This document shows, piece by piece, positions 23,358-32,527 of a DNA stretch of 64,000 nucleotides. Source of the stretch: an uncultured Pseudomonadales bacterium (lineage in GTDB: Bacteria > Patescibacteriota > Microgenomatia > UBA1400 > PJMF01); NCBI GenBank assembly GCA_964457085.1, contig CAYWDM010000001.1:178914-242913 (forward strand). The letters run 5' to 3'. Under the pieces are notes generated by a model. It saw nothing but the letters and a program-made list of their open reading frames with translations. It did no database searches and had not been told where the DNA came from. Positions within the stretch are counted from its first letter, which is position 1. Every line of letters begins with the position of its first letter. A program made the position numbers and the translations under genes.

Positions 23358-23534
23358 GTGAGTCCGGTGGGACTCACCCTTCGGGTATTAGCCACGCTCT
23401 TTTGCAAACTCAATCAAAACAATAAAATTGGCTCGCTTGGCGGCACGAACTCATTTTGCTTCGCAAAAACTTCTCACCTACAGTAAACATACTTATATAA
23501 AAAAAAGACGCTGATGCGTCTTTATTTATATAAG
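23358..23534 (-). repeat. tRNA-Lys downstream unit 1 (hairpin/terminator, core, tRNA 3' copy)
   Basis: GTGAGTCCGGTGGGACTC at 23358-23375 duplicates 23534-23551; long inverted repeat at 23491-23535. Confidence 0.85.
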
Positions 23535-23608
23535 TGAGTCCGGTGGGACTCGAACCCACGACGCACAGCTTAAAAGGCTGTCGCTCTAACCAACTGAGCT
23601 ACGGACCC
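23535..23608 (-). tRNA. tRNA-Lys(TTT)
   Basis: Cloverleaf GGGTCCG...CGGACTC-A, anticodon loop CTTTTAA, T-arm GTGGG-TTCGAGT-CCCAC; CCA not encoded. Confidence 0.96.
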
Positions 23609-23674
23609 ATGTTAACAAAGGACTATTATACCTTTTTTATGTCATCCCACTACTGGTATTTCACGAAGAAAATC

Positions 23675-24241
23675 CTAATTTGAACGAGAAACGTATTCGT
23701 TGGTTTCTGTATCAATTAAAAGAGCATCTCCAGTTCGAATAAACAATGGTGCCTGGACAATTAAACCTGTTTCCATAGTGACTGGTTTTTTGCCAGAAGT
23801 TGATCGATCACCAGCTACTGCATCCTGAGCTTCTTTAACAATCATCTTCACTTTTGGAGGCAATGAGACACCGATTACTTTCTCCTGATAGAAAGTCAAA
23901 TAAATCTTGATATCTTGCACTAAAAATCCAACTTTTTCACCCAAGACTGAGGAAGTAACAGTAAATTGTTCGTAAGTCCGTGGATCCATGAAAATAACGT
24001 CAGTACCATCGATATATGAGAAGTTAACTTCGCGGGCATCAACATCGACCTCTTCAATTGAGTCATGAGACTTAAAACTGAAGTCAATTCCTGAGCCACT
24101 AAACACATTACGCATCTTGGTACGGGTAAAAGCAGAGCCCTTACCAGGTGATACAAACTGTGTCTTCACAATATAGTGAGGCACGTTGTTGTACAAAATG
24201 TACATACCTTTTTTGAGATTACCGGCTTTGACGATCGACAT
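23675..24241 (-). CDS. efp: Elongation factor P
   Basis: SPGKGSAF loop (Lys type), KPVTMETG, PLFI...IDT...YVSR. Confidence 0.95.
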   Translation of the reverse strand: MSIVKAGNLKKGMYILYNNVPHYIVKTQFVSPGKGSAFTRTKMRNVFSGSGIDFSFKSHDSIEEVDVDAREVNFSYIDGTDVIFMDPRTYEQFTVTSSVLGEKVGFLVQDIKIYLTFYQEKVIGVSLPPKVKMIVKEAQDAVAGDRSTSGKKPVTMETGLIVQAPLFIRTGDALLIDTETNEYVSRSN

Positions 24242-24312
24242 ATTCGGCTATTCTAATCCAAACAACCTGGTTTGACAAACTCCGAGATGCAAATATGGTC
24301 TGGATGTAGTGG

Positions 24313-25674
24313 TTATTTCTTGCTCTGTGGCAAAGAAAGTTCGTTTGCCAACTTCAACACTTCAGGTAACTGAGCTTTGATCGATGAAAGTGTAATCAAC
24401 ACCCCATCCTCTGTTTCAAATGCCAATTTGATGATTTTTCCCTGGCCAAATGGTCGTTCTGACACAGCAGCTGCCAAACCATTTTCAAGTTTTAACTGAC
24501 GAACTTCCTGTGCTTGGTTTTTCGGATCAAAATTTAGTGCCAAAGTTGGAGTGACATTATTCGACTTAGGATATTGACGAATGATGATTATTTTATGTGC
24601 TGAAACACTTGCGGACAAATCAGTTTTAATAATTGCTGCAGCTTGCACTGCAGGCGAGGGCTCACTTTGCAGCACGCTTGACGGCTCTGCCCAATGTGTT
24701 GCCATTTTAAATTCAGATTTGAGTGGTAGACGATGGATTGGGAAACCTGCTTTGAGTGCGACCTGATCAAACCCTGAAGCCGCATCAGTCGACCAAACTG
24801 CCAGCATAGTGGTAAATGTGAGAGCAGGTGCTAGAAACAATACTGAAAATATTCCCAATATAATTTTTGACTTGAGTGAAATTGAGTTTGACTCGGGATC
24901 GGCTTTTGGCAGTGCCAACACCAATGCAAAGATTGCAGGAACAGCACTTAACATAATTGGGTGCATCACTTGTTGAATCATTGATCCGGTTGCGTTAAAC
25001 AAAAAGCCTCCAAAAGTTATCTGTTCTCCAGCAAATTTTGTTAATTCTGAAGATACAAACCACTGTGATCCTAGCCAAACTGCCACACCGCCAATCAACA
25101 CAAGTAAACACAATGTCATCAGCTTCCGCGTTCCAACCCAAACACCTCTTCCAAGCCATAACAGCATTACCGCAATAGCTGCCATTAAGAACGGTTGTTG
25201 ATTGGTAAATTGCAACACCTCAAGCTCAAATAAAGTTGAACCTGCTTTTCTCAAGGCAAGAGCTAAGATGAAAAGAACAATTGTCCACAAAATACCGTAG
25301 CCAAGGTAGATGAGTGCATTCGCCCAAATCAGTAGTGCAGCAATTTTTAGAGATTTGCTGATGGGAGTTGTTGCTGTTGAAGCAACTGAGGAAGTCGTCT
25401 CAACTGTGGTTGCAGTGATTGTTTGAAGAGTTGTGCCTGTATCTACTGCAGATGGGGAAGAAGTTGCTGAACTAACATTGCTGGTAGTTGTGGAAGTCGC
25501 AACAGTATTAGTTTCCAATCCAACCGACGGTTGGACAGAGCTTTGCAGATTTATTGCTTCTGTTACCTGATCAGGTTGCCAACCGGCAGCCAACAATGCC
25601 TGAGTGATACTGGCATCATCTAGTCCACTTGCTCTAGAAGTGGAGATATACGAAAGTAGCTGGTCGTTGGGCAC
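24313..25674 (-). CDS. Hypothetical multi-pass membrane protein
   Basis: N-terminal LLSYI...ALLAAGW...V..A motif, S/T-rich linker, about 5 TM segments, C-terminal soluble domain. Confidence 0.7.
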   Translation of the reverse strand: MPNDQLLSYISTSRASGLDDASITQALLAAGWQPDQVTEAINLQSSVQPSVGLETNTVATSTTTSNVSSATSSPSAVDTGTTLQTITATTVETTSSVASTATTPISKSLKIAALLIWANALIYLGYGILWTIVLFILALALRKAGSTLFELEVLQFTNQQPFLMAAIAVMLLWLGRGVWVGTRKLMTLCLLVLIGGVAVWLGSQWFVSSELTKFAGEQITFGGFLFNATGSMIQQVMHPIMLSAVPAIFALVLALPKADPESNSISLKSKIILGIFSVLFLAPALTFTTMLAVWSTDAASGFDQVALKAGFPIHRLPLKSEFKMATHWAEPSSVLQSEPSPAVQAAAIIKTDLSASVSAHKIIIIRQYPKSNNVTPTLALNFDPKNQAQEVRQLKLENGLAAAVSERPFGQGKIIKLAFETEDGVLITLSSIKAQLPEVLKLANELSLPQSKK

Positions 25675-25724
25675 AACTGTAATTGTACGAAAAAAGTCTC
25701 AAGGAATACAAGACTGAGTCAATA

Positions 25725-26153
25725 TTACTTTAATCCATGCTCCTTGAAACATTTGACGTATTGTTGATCAAGACTCATTAAATGACCTACCAACCAGTCC
25801 TCCAAAAAATCAACCAACTCAAATGCAAGTGCTGTCGTATCATCTTTGTGCGTTGCCACCAATTCTTTGACTTTTGCATCAAATCGCTGATGTGCAATTT
25901 CATGTTCCTTAGTGCCTTCAAAATTGAATTGGTGAAAATATTTCTCTTCGGTAGCAAAGTGGGCAACTTTATAGCTCACTATTTCACTAATAAGATCGTT
26001 GATAGCTTTTTTGCTCTGCGTACTGCTCACCATCGCAAATAGTTTATTGATGATCTCAAATAAGTGCTTGTGTTGCTCATCAATTTCTGCAACTTTCACA
26101 CTGTATTCATCTTTCCAAATCAATCTGTTGTCGTTAGTTATTTGGTTATCCAT
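25725..26153 (-). CDS. Bacteriohemerythrin
   Basis: W...YSV...IDEQHKHL, HFATEE, H...H, WL..HL...D di-iron ligand pattern; start placed at MDNQ. Confidence 0.92.
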   Translation of the reverse strand: MDNQITNDNRLIWKDEYSVKVAEIDEQHKHLFEIINKLFAMVSSTQSKKAINDLISEIVSYKVAHFATEEKYFHQFNFEGTKEHEIAHQRFDAKVKELVATHKDDTTALAFELVDFLEDWLVGHLMSLDQQYVKCFKEHGLK

Positions 26154-26222
26154 ATAACACCAATGTAGCACTTTGAATGTAAGGGTCAATGTTTGATCTT
26201 TGAACAATAAAAGTAGTGAGTT

Positions 26223-26257
26223 TTCTCTCGCACTAGTGAGCAACTAGTGCGAGAGAA
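26223..26257. repeat. Perfect 15-bp inverted repeat
   Basis: TTCTCTCGCACTAGT-gagca-ACTAGTGCGAGAGAA. Confidence 0.75.
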
Positions 26258-26274
26258 GGGCTCTTTCGATTAAC

Positions 26275-26604
26275 TCAGCCATACATGATTTTTTGGACTC
26301 TTTTAATCATCTCGCTGGGACTTTCAACCCCCTTGATCAGGGACAGTACTGCTCCCCGTTGCACAAAATCTCTCCCAGTTGACTGGGACCCGGTGTAGCC
26401 AATAATAGGCACCTCTGGGAAAATGCTCACAGCTCTCGCAGCCAAACTAGGGCCATCGCCGTCCATACCATCAATCACGATCAGACGTGGTTGACGGCCA
26501 TCAGCATTTGCATCCTCAACATTATTGAAGATTGCAACATCTTCAAGTGCCCTTAACGAGTCAGAGAAACGATCTCTACGATCGTGGATCAAAAAAAATA
26601 TCAT
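26275..26604 (-). CDS. Stand-alone response-regulator receiver (CheY-like) domain
   Basis: LIHD, LIVID (phospho-Asp), PIIGYTG, LIKG pattern. Confidence 0.65.
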   Translation of the reverse strand: MIFFLIHDRRDRFSDSLRALEDVAIFNNVEDANADGRQPRLIVIDGMDGDGPSLAARAVSIFPEVPIIGYTGSQSTGRDFVQRGAVLSLIKGVESPSEMIKRVQKIMYG

Positions 26605-26913
26605 CGGTATCTCCAGTTGTCGCGTCTAAGAATCTGCAGTGCAAACTCTCAGGCTGACAGTTCATTTTTGATTTTATCCGGCTTGCTCATGGCCAGTATT
26701 GAAATTGTGGGAAGTTAATCGATTGAGGTTCTGGAATTAAAGAAGTGAAAATTGTCATTCGTAGTGAATGACTTTCCTTCCTCAACCCATAGCTTCCAAC
26801 AAAAAGGTATTAAAGAACATATACACAACTACACGGCTCAAAACTTGAGTCACATTATCTCACGCATGACAAGAAAGACCGAAAAATTCAGAAGAAAATC
26901 AAGAAAAAAAATA

Positions 26914-27552
26914 TTAAATAATTTTCTCTAACTCAGCCAGTACATTCTGACTGATTAACTGACAACCTTTTTGATTGGGGTGTAGGCCATCACGATATAA
27001 GTAATTCTGTAGCCATTCTTCCTCAGTAACCTGAACTCCCACAAACGGAATTTGTCGCTCGGAACACAACTGTTGCTGAACTGCCTCAAGCTGCTGTTTT
27101 CTAGCATTATTAAAAAAAGATATACCGCCAGTTAGATTAGGTATTGGATTGGTTTTTGATTCATCAAAATAGCCACCACCAACTGCGACAACGTTGGTGC
27201 TCAGTTTTTTTAGCAAATCAAGCAAACTGGTCATTGCAGTAGTGTATTCTGCAACTGTGGACACAAAGTTTTCTGGAAAGTCATCAGCCTTGGCATTATT
27301 GCCACCCACCGAAACAATAGTAATGATTTTCCCACCTCTGCCATACTTTTCCAGCTGTTGCGGAAAAGTTTCTGATACAAACTCGATTGTTTCACCAGTT
27401 TTTCCAAAATTATAGATTTCGAGTTTTTGACCAATGCCACCATCCCGATACATTTTTTTATGCAGTGCCAATTTGATTAAATCTGCCCAGCCACCATCCT
27501 CCGCACCGACACCATAGACACTACTTGATCCCAGGATGAAAATTTGAGTCAT
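26914..27552 (-). CDS. SGNH/GDSL hydrolase
   Basis: ILGSSSVYG, GGWA, NFGKTG, VGGNN, DGLHPN. Confidence 0.85.
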   Translation of the reverse strand: MTQIFILGSSSVYGVGAEDGGWADLIKLALHKKMYRDGGIGQKLEIYNFGKTGETIEFVSETFPQQLEKYGRGGKIITIVSVGGNNAKADDFPENFVSTVAEYTTAMTSLLDLLKKLSTNVVAVGGGYFDESKTNPIPNLTGGISFFNNARKQQLEAVQQQLCSERQIPFVGVQVTEEEWLQNYLYRDGLHPNQKGCQLISQNVLAELEKII

Positions 27553-27609
27553 ATATGTCCCTATGGTACTGCACTACAGATTATTACAACTAAATAATAT
27601 ACTAACGAC

Positions 27610-28416
27610 ATGGAATATCAAAAATTTATCACCCAAACCCTACAAGCTGCAGCGGCAATCGCCAATGAAAACTTTGACAAAGTCACCTCAATTTCAACAA
27701 AAACTGGCGATAATAACCAAGTTCTAACCGAAACAGATTTGGCGATCGGCAAATTAATCATTCAAAAAATTCAAGAATTGTACCCCGGCTACAACATCAT
27801 TGACGAAGAAGCGGGAGTGATTGCGAAACAATCCAGATACACTTGGGTGGTCGATCCGATTGATGGTACCAGCAACTTTGCCAATGGCTTACCAACATAC
27901 GGAGTCATGATTGGATTATTAGATAGAGAACAACCTATCGCTGGCGGGATTGCACTGCCAGCATTCAATCAAATATATGTTGCTGAGAAGGGTAGTGGAG
28001 CTTTTTGTAATGGCCAACCCATCCATGTCACTGATGAAAAAAGTTTGATGTCCTCGCTAGTTGCCTATGGCATTGATGGTCACCAAGAAGCACCGGATAA
28101 AACCTTGGATGAAGTGGCGGTTTTAGCAAAGATCATTCTCAATATCAGAAATCTACGCTCTACTAATAGTGCCTACGACATGGTTCATGTTGCCGATGGC
28201 AAATATGGCGCCTTTCTTAACCAAACCAGTAAGATTTGGGATAACGTAGCAATTCAAATTATTATCGAAGAAGCTGGGGGAGTGGTGACTGATTTTTTGG
28301 GTCAACCAATGGACTTCTCAAAACCACTGACCAAAACCTGGAAAAACTACACGATTTGTGCTGCGGCTCCTGAACTGCACAAACAGTTACAGATGATTAT
28401 TCATGGTGGCATTTAA
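27610..28416 (+). CDS. Inositol monophosphatase family protein (SuhB-like)
   Basis: TETD, DEE, WVVDPIDGTSNF, WDNVA...EAGG. Confidence 0.93.
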   Translation: MEYQKFITQTLQAAAAIANENFDKVTSISTKTGDNNQVLTETDLAIGKLIIQKIQELYPGYNIIDEEAGVIAKQSRYTWVVDPIDGTSNFANGLPTYGVMIGLLDREQPIAGGIALPAFNQIYVAEKGSGAFCNGQPIHVTDEKSLMSSLVAYGIDGHQEAPDKTLDEVAVLAKIILNIRNLRSTNSAYDMVHVADGKYGAFLNQTSKIWDNVAIQIIIEEAGGVVTDFLGQPMDFSKPLTKTWKNYTICAAAPELHKQLQMIIHGGI

Positions 28417-28434
28417 AATTTGCCTGAGTTAACT

Positions 28435-29112
28435 ATGAAATCTACAGACGTCACCTGCCTTATTCCGGCGTATAACGAGTCAACCCGTTTACCCTATGTG
28501 CTAGCTAGACTGCGAGAACTACCAGAAATTGGCGAAGTTATTGTCGTCGACGATGGTTCGAGTGACGATACTAGTGCTGTTGCGAGCACATTCAAGAATG
28601 CGACAGTGATTCGTCACCAACACAACTTAGGTAAAACTGAAGCCGTGAGAACTGGACTTAAAAATGCTAAGTCAAATAACATTTTACTATTTGATGCTGA
28701 CTTAACTTATTTCGACACCAGCCCAATTAAAAAAGCAATTGATGCTTTTATTCACAAAGAAAACCTCGCTTGCATTACACTTCGAGCCGAATACATCAAA
28801 ATTAAATTCACTAGAGCTGATCTTATTCAATCTGGGATTAGACTGATTCGTAAAAAATATTTACAGGAAATTCTTTCTAATCCAATCACTGGTTATCAGA
28901 TTGAAGCGGCAATCTGTTTTTACATGCTAGAAAATAATCTTGAAAATGCCTGGACTACTTTTCCCAGCAAACAGCTCAACAAAGCATTAAAAAGAAATCT
29001 GTTGTCAGGTCTCATTTCAGATATTCGCATGAATCTTGAGATTTTTAAATACCGAGGATTCGTAAAATATTGGCAAATGGTTTTGGGCTATCAACCAACC
29101 AAGTTGCCATAG
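28435..29112 (+). CDS. Glycosyltransferase family 2
   Basis: IPAYNE, VVDDGSSD, GK..A...G, FDAD. Confidence 0.9.
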   Translation: MKSTDVTCLIPAYNESTRLPYVLARLRELPEIGEVIVVDDGSSDDTSAVASTFKNATVIRHQHNLGKTEAVRTGLKNAKSNNILLFDADLTYFDTSPIKKAIDAFIHKENLACITLRAEYIKIKFTRADLIQSGIRLIRKKYLQEILSNPITGYQIEAAICFYMLENNLENAWTTFPSKQLNKALKRNLLSGLISDIRMNLEIFKYRGFVKYWQMVLGYQPTKLP

Positions 29113-29136
29113 TCAACTAAATTGAAATAAAATTCG

Positions 29137-29478
29137 ATGCATGAAATCGGTATTGCCCAAACTATTCTAGACACCGTAAAAAAATCAATTGCAACTAAAA
29201 AAATTACTGCAGTAAATAAAATAGTGGTGTCATTGGGAGTGCTTTCCGGCATTGAGAAACAATCGCTGCTCTACAGTTTTGGATTAATTCCAAAGAGCCA
29301 ACAATTTGTAAATACGAAACTGGTGGTCAAAGAAAATGTCTTAGTTGTCTATTGTGAGCACTGTAAAATTAAAACTACGATTACAAATAGCTTTGTGTTG
29401 GTGTGCTCGGTCTGCGGAGCTCGAACAAATAATATCGTAGCAGGAAAAGAATTAACCATTGATAGCATTGAATATTAA
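29137..29478 (+). CDS. hypA: Hydrogenase maturation nickel metallochaperone HypA
   Basis: N-terminal MHE, two CxxC motifs, GKEL. Confidence 0.95.
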   Translation: MHEIGIAQTILDTVKKSIATKKITAVNKIVVSLGVLSGIEKQSLLYSFGLIPKSQQFVNTKLVVKENVLVVYCEHCKIKTTITNSFVLVCSVCGARTNNIVAGKELTIDSIEY

Positions 29479-29479
29479 T

Positions 29480-30145
29480 ATGAAACCAAAAATACTCGAA
29501 ATCAGAAAAGGGATATTGTCAGACAATGATCATTTGGCGGAAACACTGCGAACAAAATTCCATAATCATCGGGTGTTAGTGGTGAATGTAGTTTCTAGTC
29601 CCGGTTCAGGTAAAACAGAATTGCTAACGGTACTGATTAAAAAATTGATTCAAAAAAAACAGAAAGTCGTTGCCATCGTTGGAGACTTAGAAACTGATAA
29701 TGACGCCAAACGGCTAGCTGCCAGTGGGGCAGAGTCGTATCAAATTAATACCAATGGCAATTGTCACCTTGATGCTCAGATGATCGAAAAGAGTCTCAAA
29801 AAACTTGACTGGAAAAACTCAGACATTTTGTTTATAGAAAATGTTGGCAATCTAGTTTGCCCCGCTAGTTACGATTTGGGTGAAGATATGCGATTAGTAG
29901 TGTTGTCTGTTACTGAGGGTGAGGATAAGCCACTTAAATATCCAACTATGTTTAACTCCGCTGATATTTGTGTGATCTCCAAGATGGATTTGGCAACTGC
30001 GGTTGAGTTTGATGAGGGTGCAGCAACTGAGAACATTTTAAATGTCAGTCCAAACATCCAGATACTGAAAACCTCGGCGAAAAAGGGGAATGGGATAGAG
30101 GAGTTGGCGGAAGTTTTGATGAAGGCTAAAAAAATCAAAGAATGA
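29480..30145 (+). CDS. hypB: Hydrogenase nickel-insertion GTPase HypB
   Basis: SSPGSGKT, CHLDA, ENVGNLVCPA, EGEDKPLKYP. Confidence 0.96.
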   Translation: MKPKILEIRKGILSDNDHLAETLRTKFHNHRVLVVNVVSSPGSGKTELLTVLIKKLIQKKQKVVAIVGDLETDNDAKRLAASGAESYQINTNGNCHLDAQMIEKSLKKLDWKNSDILFIENVGNLVCPASYDLGEDMRLVVLSVTEGEDKPLKYPTMFNSADICVISKMDLATAVEFDEGAATENILNVSPNIQILKTSAKKGNGIEELAEVLMKAKKIKE

Positions 30146-30175
30146 AAACTTGACCTAAGGCCTATAATACTTGGC

Positions 30176-30397
30176 ATGGAAGACGAACGAAAAACAATAC
30201 TCCGAGCGGGTCAAGTGGCTGAATTAGTTGCTCACCAACTAAAAGCACGTGGTGACCTGCAATCCATGACCGATGCAATGCTTCGAGCAATTTTATCTGG
30301 TGAATATAATGATGAAACGATAGCTAAAATTATGGAACTATTATCCGATACAATTGATACAAACAGAAGCGTGCTTATAAATCCAAAGATTCAATAA
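30176..30397 (+). CDS. Small hypothetical protein
   Basis: ORF preceded by TATAAT-7nt-ATG; no recognisable motif. Confidence 0.5.
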   Translation: MEDERKTILRAGQVAELVAHQLKARGDLQSMTDAMLRAILSGEYNDETIAKIMELLSDTIDTNRSVLINPKIQ

Positions 30398-30399
30398 CA

Positions 30400-30972
30400 A
30401 TGAAAGAAATCATTGGCACCATAGCAGTCATACTGACTTTTATTGCATATATTCCATATTACCGCGATATTCTAAAGGGCAAAACTCGCCCGCACATTTA
30501 TAGTTGGTCACTGTGGAGCTTGTTGACAATTCTGCTTGTGGCACTACAAATCAATGGTGGGGCTGGTCCTGCAACATGGGTTACTGCTGCTGCTGGATTG
30601 TTGTGTGGAGGCGTGGTTGTTCTGAGTTTTAAAAATGGTAAAAGAGACATTACTGCATCAGATACTGTAGTTGCCATTTTGTCGCTGATTGCCATTGGCT
30701 TTTGGCTGATTGCCAATCAACCAATGATTGCAATGCTACTTGCTATCAGTGCTGACATGCTGGCGTTTATTCCGACAGTGCGTAAATCATGGCATCAGCC
30801 GCATACTGAGACTTTGTCGTTGTACATGACAAACGCCTTTCGGTTCTTTTTAGCACTTGGGGCAGTTGAAACATATACATTTTTATCGGTTGCTTGGCCT
30901 ATTGCATGGGCAGTTGGAAATGCACTGTTTTCAATCATGCTCTTTGTTAGAAGAAAACAGGTGATGGAATAG
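30400..30972 (+). CDS. Hypothetical membrane protein (PQ-loop/SemiSWEET-like repeats)
   Basis: About 7 TM segments; YIPYY..I.KG.T.P...SW and IPT..K.W..P..E. Confidence 0.7.
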   Translation: MKEIIGTIAVILTFIAYIPYYRDILKGKTRPHIYSWSLWSLLTILLVALQINGGAGPATWVTAAAGLLCGGVVVLSFKNGKRDITASDTVVAILSLIAIGFWLIANQPMIAMLLAISADMLAFIPTVRKSWHQPHTETLSLYMTNAFRFFLALGAVETYTFLSVAWPIAWAVGNALFSIMLFVRRKQVME

Positions 30973-31004
30973 TTATCTGGAGAGAGACCCAAAAGAGACT
31001 ACAT

Positions 31005-31184
31005 TTTTTATGAGCGGGTGAACGCACCCTACGGGTATTAGGCAGGTGCTTCGCACTTGCCGGCAGAATCTCCCACGGGGACTAGGCGGGTACTTCGTAC
31101 TCTCCGGCGGAACCTGCTTCGCACGCTGATTACGAAACAGCCCACCTCATAAAAATAAAGACCCATTCGGGTCTTATTTTTATG
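31005..31184 (-). repeat. tRNA-Gly downstream unit (hairpin, tandem 45-bp core repeats, tRNA 3' copy)
   Basis: 20-bp TTTTTATGAGCGGGTGAACG at 31005-31024 equals 31177-31196; inverted repeat 31146-31186; tandem repeats 31027-31071 and 31072-31115. Confidence 0.85.
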
Positions 31185-31256
31185 AGCGGGTGAACGGAAT
31201 CGAACCGTCGCTTTCTCCTTGGAAGGGAGAGGTACTAACCACTATACTACACCCGC
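31185..31256 (-). tRNA. tRNA-Gly(TCC)
   Basis: GCGGGTG...CACCCGC-T, anticodon loop CTTCCAA, T-loop TTCGATT; CCA not encoded. Confidence 0.95.
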
Positions 31257-31336
31257 GTTCTTGACCTATTGTAACAAACCAACACGATTTGGTCTCAAGA
31301 GATTTTTGACCGCATCACTCCCGCAAACACAACTAA

Positions 31337-32521
31337 TTATAGATTAACCACCACTGACTTTTTTGGCAAACTGGATACCAATAAGGCAGCAGCACCTAAA
31401 ATAACTGCAGTTGAAATAAAAGTAAATGTGGGGTGGGCACTAATCACCAAACCACTTACTAATGGCCCAACAATTGTTCCCAGAGAAATATAGGCTTGAT
31501 TTAAGCCCATGGCCAAACCCTGATCTTCATCTTTAATGTGACTCGAGACAAGTCCCGCGGTAATTGGATTGATTGTTGATAGAAATAACGCATATAACAT
31601 ATTAAAAATGATGTAATTTATTGGATTCAACCATCGAAACAGGATTAGCATCATCAGTGCTGCCAAAACCAAAGATGCCACTAGAACCAATGACTTCGCC
31701 TGAATGTGTTTACTAATCCAACGAATCAACCATACCTGCATCACGATCGCCATCAAACCAACTCCCGTCAACATCAACCCCAGCTGGCCAGTGGTTAAAT
31801 GCAACACATCATATCCAACACTTTGTACGCCAATAATAAAGCCACTTTGTGCCAGGGAAACCATCATCGATAACATGAACAATTTACCAATAAATGGCTG
31901 ATTCAGTGAGTGGAATAATTTTTTCCAGTGAAATAATTCTTCGATACTAACTGCTTTAGAATTTTTGACTGACAGTGTTTCTTTCATAAAAATAAAGCCC
32001 AGCACTACGGCTAATAGTGCTAATCCGGCTGCAAACCAAAATGGTATATGCAGTCCATAGTGACCCAAAACTCCTCCTAAAGCCGGACCAACTAAAAATC
32101 CAAATCCAAATGCAGCTCCGAGTAGTGCAAAAGCATTGGCCCGGTGTTTCACATCTGTAGTGTCGGCAATAACTGCTTGAGCTACCGAGTTATTGCCACC
32201 AGTGACGCCGTCCAGCACCCGAGCAGCAAAAAACCAGTACTTGTTGGTTGCCACTGCCAAAAAAGCCATGGAAATACTTGATCCCAAAACACTCAGCAAT
32301 AACAAAGGCTTACGGCCATACCGATCCGAAAGTCTGCCAATAAAGGGCGTGGCAATAAACTGTGCCAATGAGAAACTAGCCATCAGCCAACCTAAACCCA
32401 CAGCTCCAAGTGATAACTTGGTGGCTAGGGGATAGAGCAAGGGAATAATCACTCCATAACTAAGTGCATTAATCACCATGATCAGTGCCAATATCCACAA
32501 AGTCGGGTTATTGTTTTTCAT
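31337..32521 (-). CDS. MFS transporter, DHA1/TetA-like
   Basis: GRLSDRYGRKP, ARVLDGVTGG, GFLVGPALGG. Confidence 0.92.
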   Translation of the reverse strand: MKNNNPTLWILALIMVINALSYGVIIPLLYPLATKLSLGAVGLGWLMASFSLAQFIATPFIGRLSDRYGRKPLLLLSVLGSSISMAFLAVATNKYWFFAARVLDGVTGGNNSVAQAVIADTTDVKHRANAFALLGAAFGFGFLVGPALGGVLGHYGLHIPFWFAAGLALLAVVLGFIFMKETLSVKNSKAVSIEELFHWKKLFHSLNQPFIGKLFMLSMMVSLAQSGFIIGVQSVGYDVLHLTTGQLGLMLTGVGLMAIVMQVWLIRWISKHIQAKSLVLVASLVLAALMMLILFRWLNPINYIIFNMLYALFLSTINPITAGLVSSHIKDEDQGLAMGLNQAYISLGTIVGPLVSGLVISAHPTFTFISTAVILGAAALLVSSLPKKSVVVNL

Positions 32522-32527
32522 AAAAAA

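Noticed and set aside
23232-23551. CRISPR array
   Set aside because: Only three 17-18 bp repeats, identical to the tRNA 3' end, with 110-160 bp unequal spacers and no cas genes in the window.
31026-31123. Diversity-generating retroelement hairpins
   Set aside because: No reverse transcriptase and no TR/VR pair with adenine-specific mismatches seen in the window.
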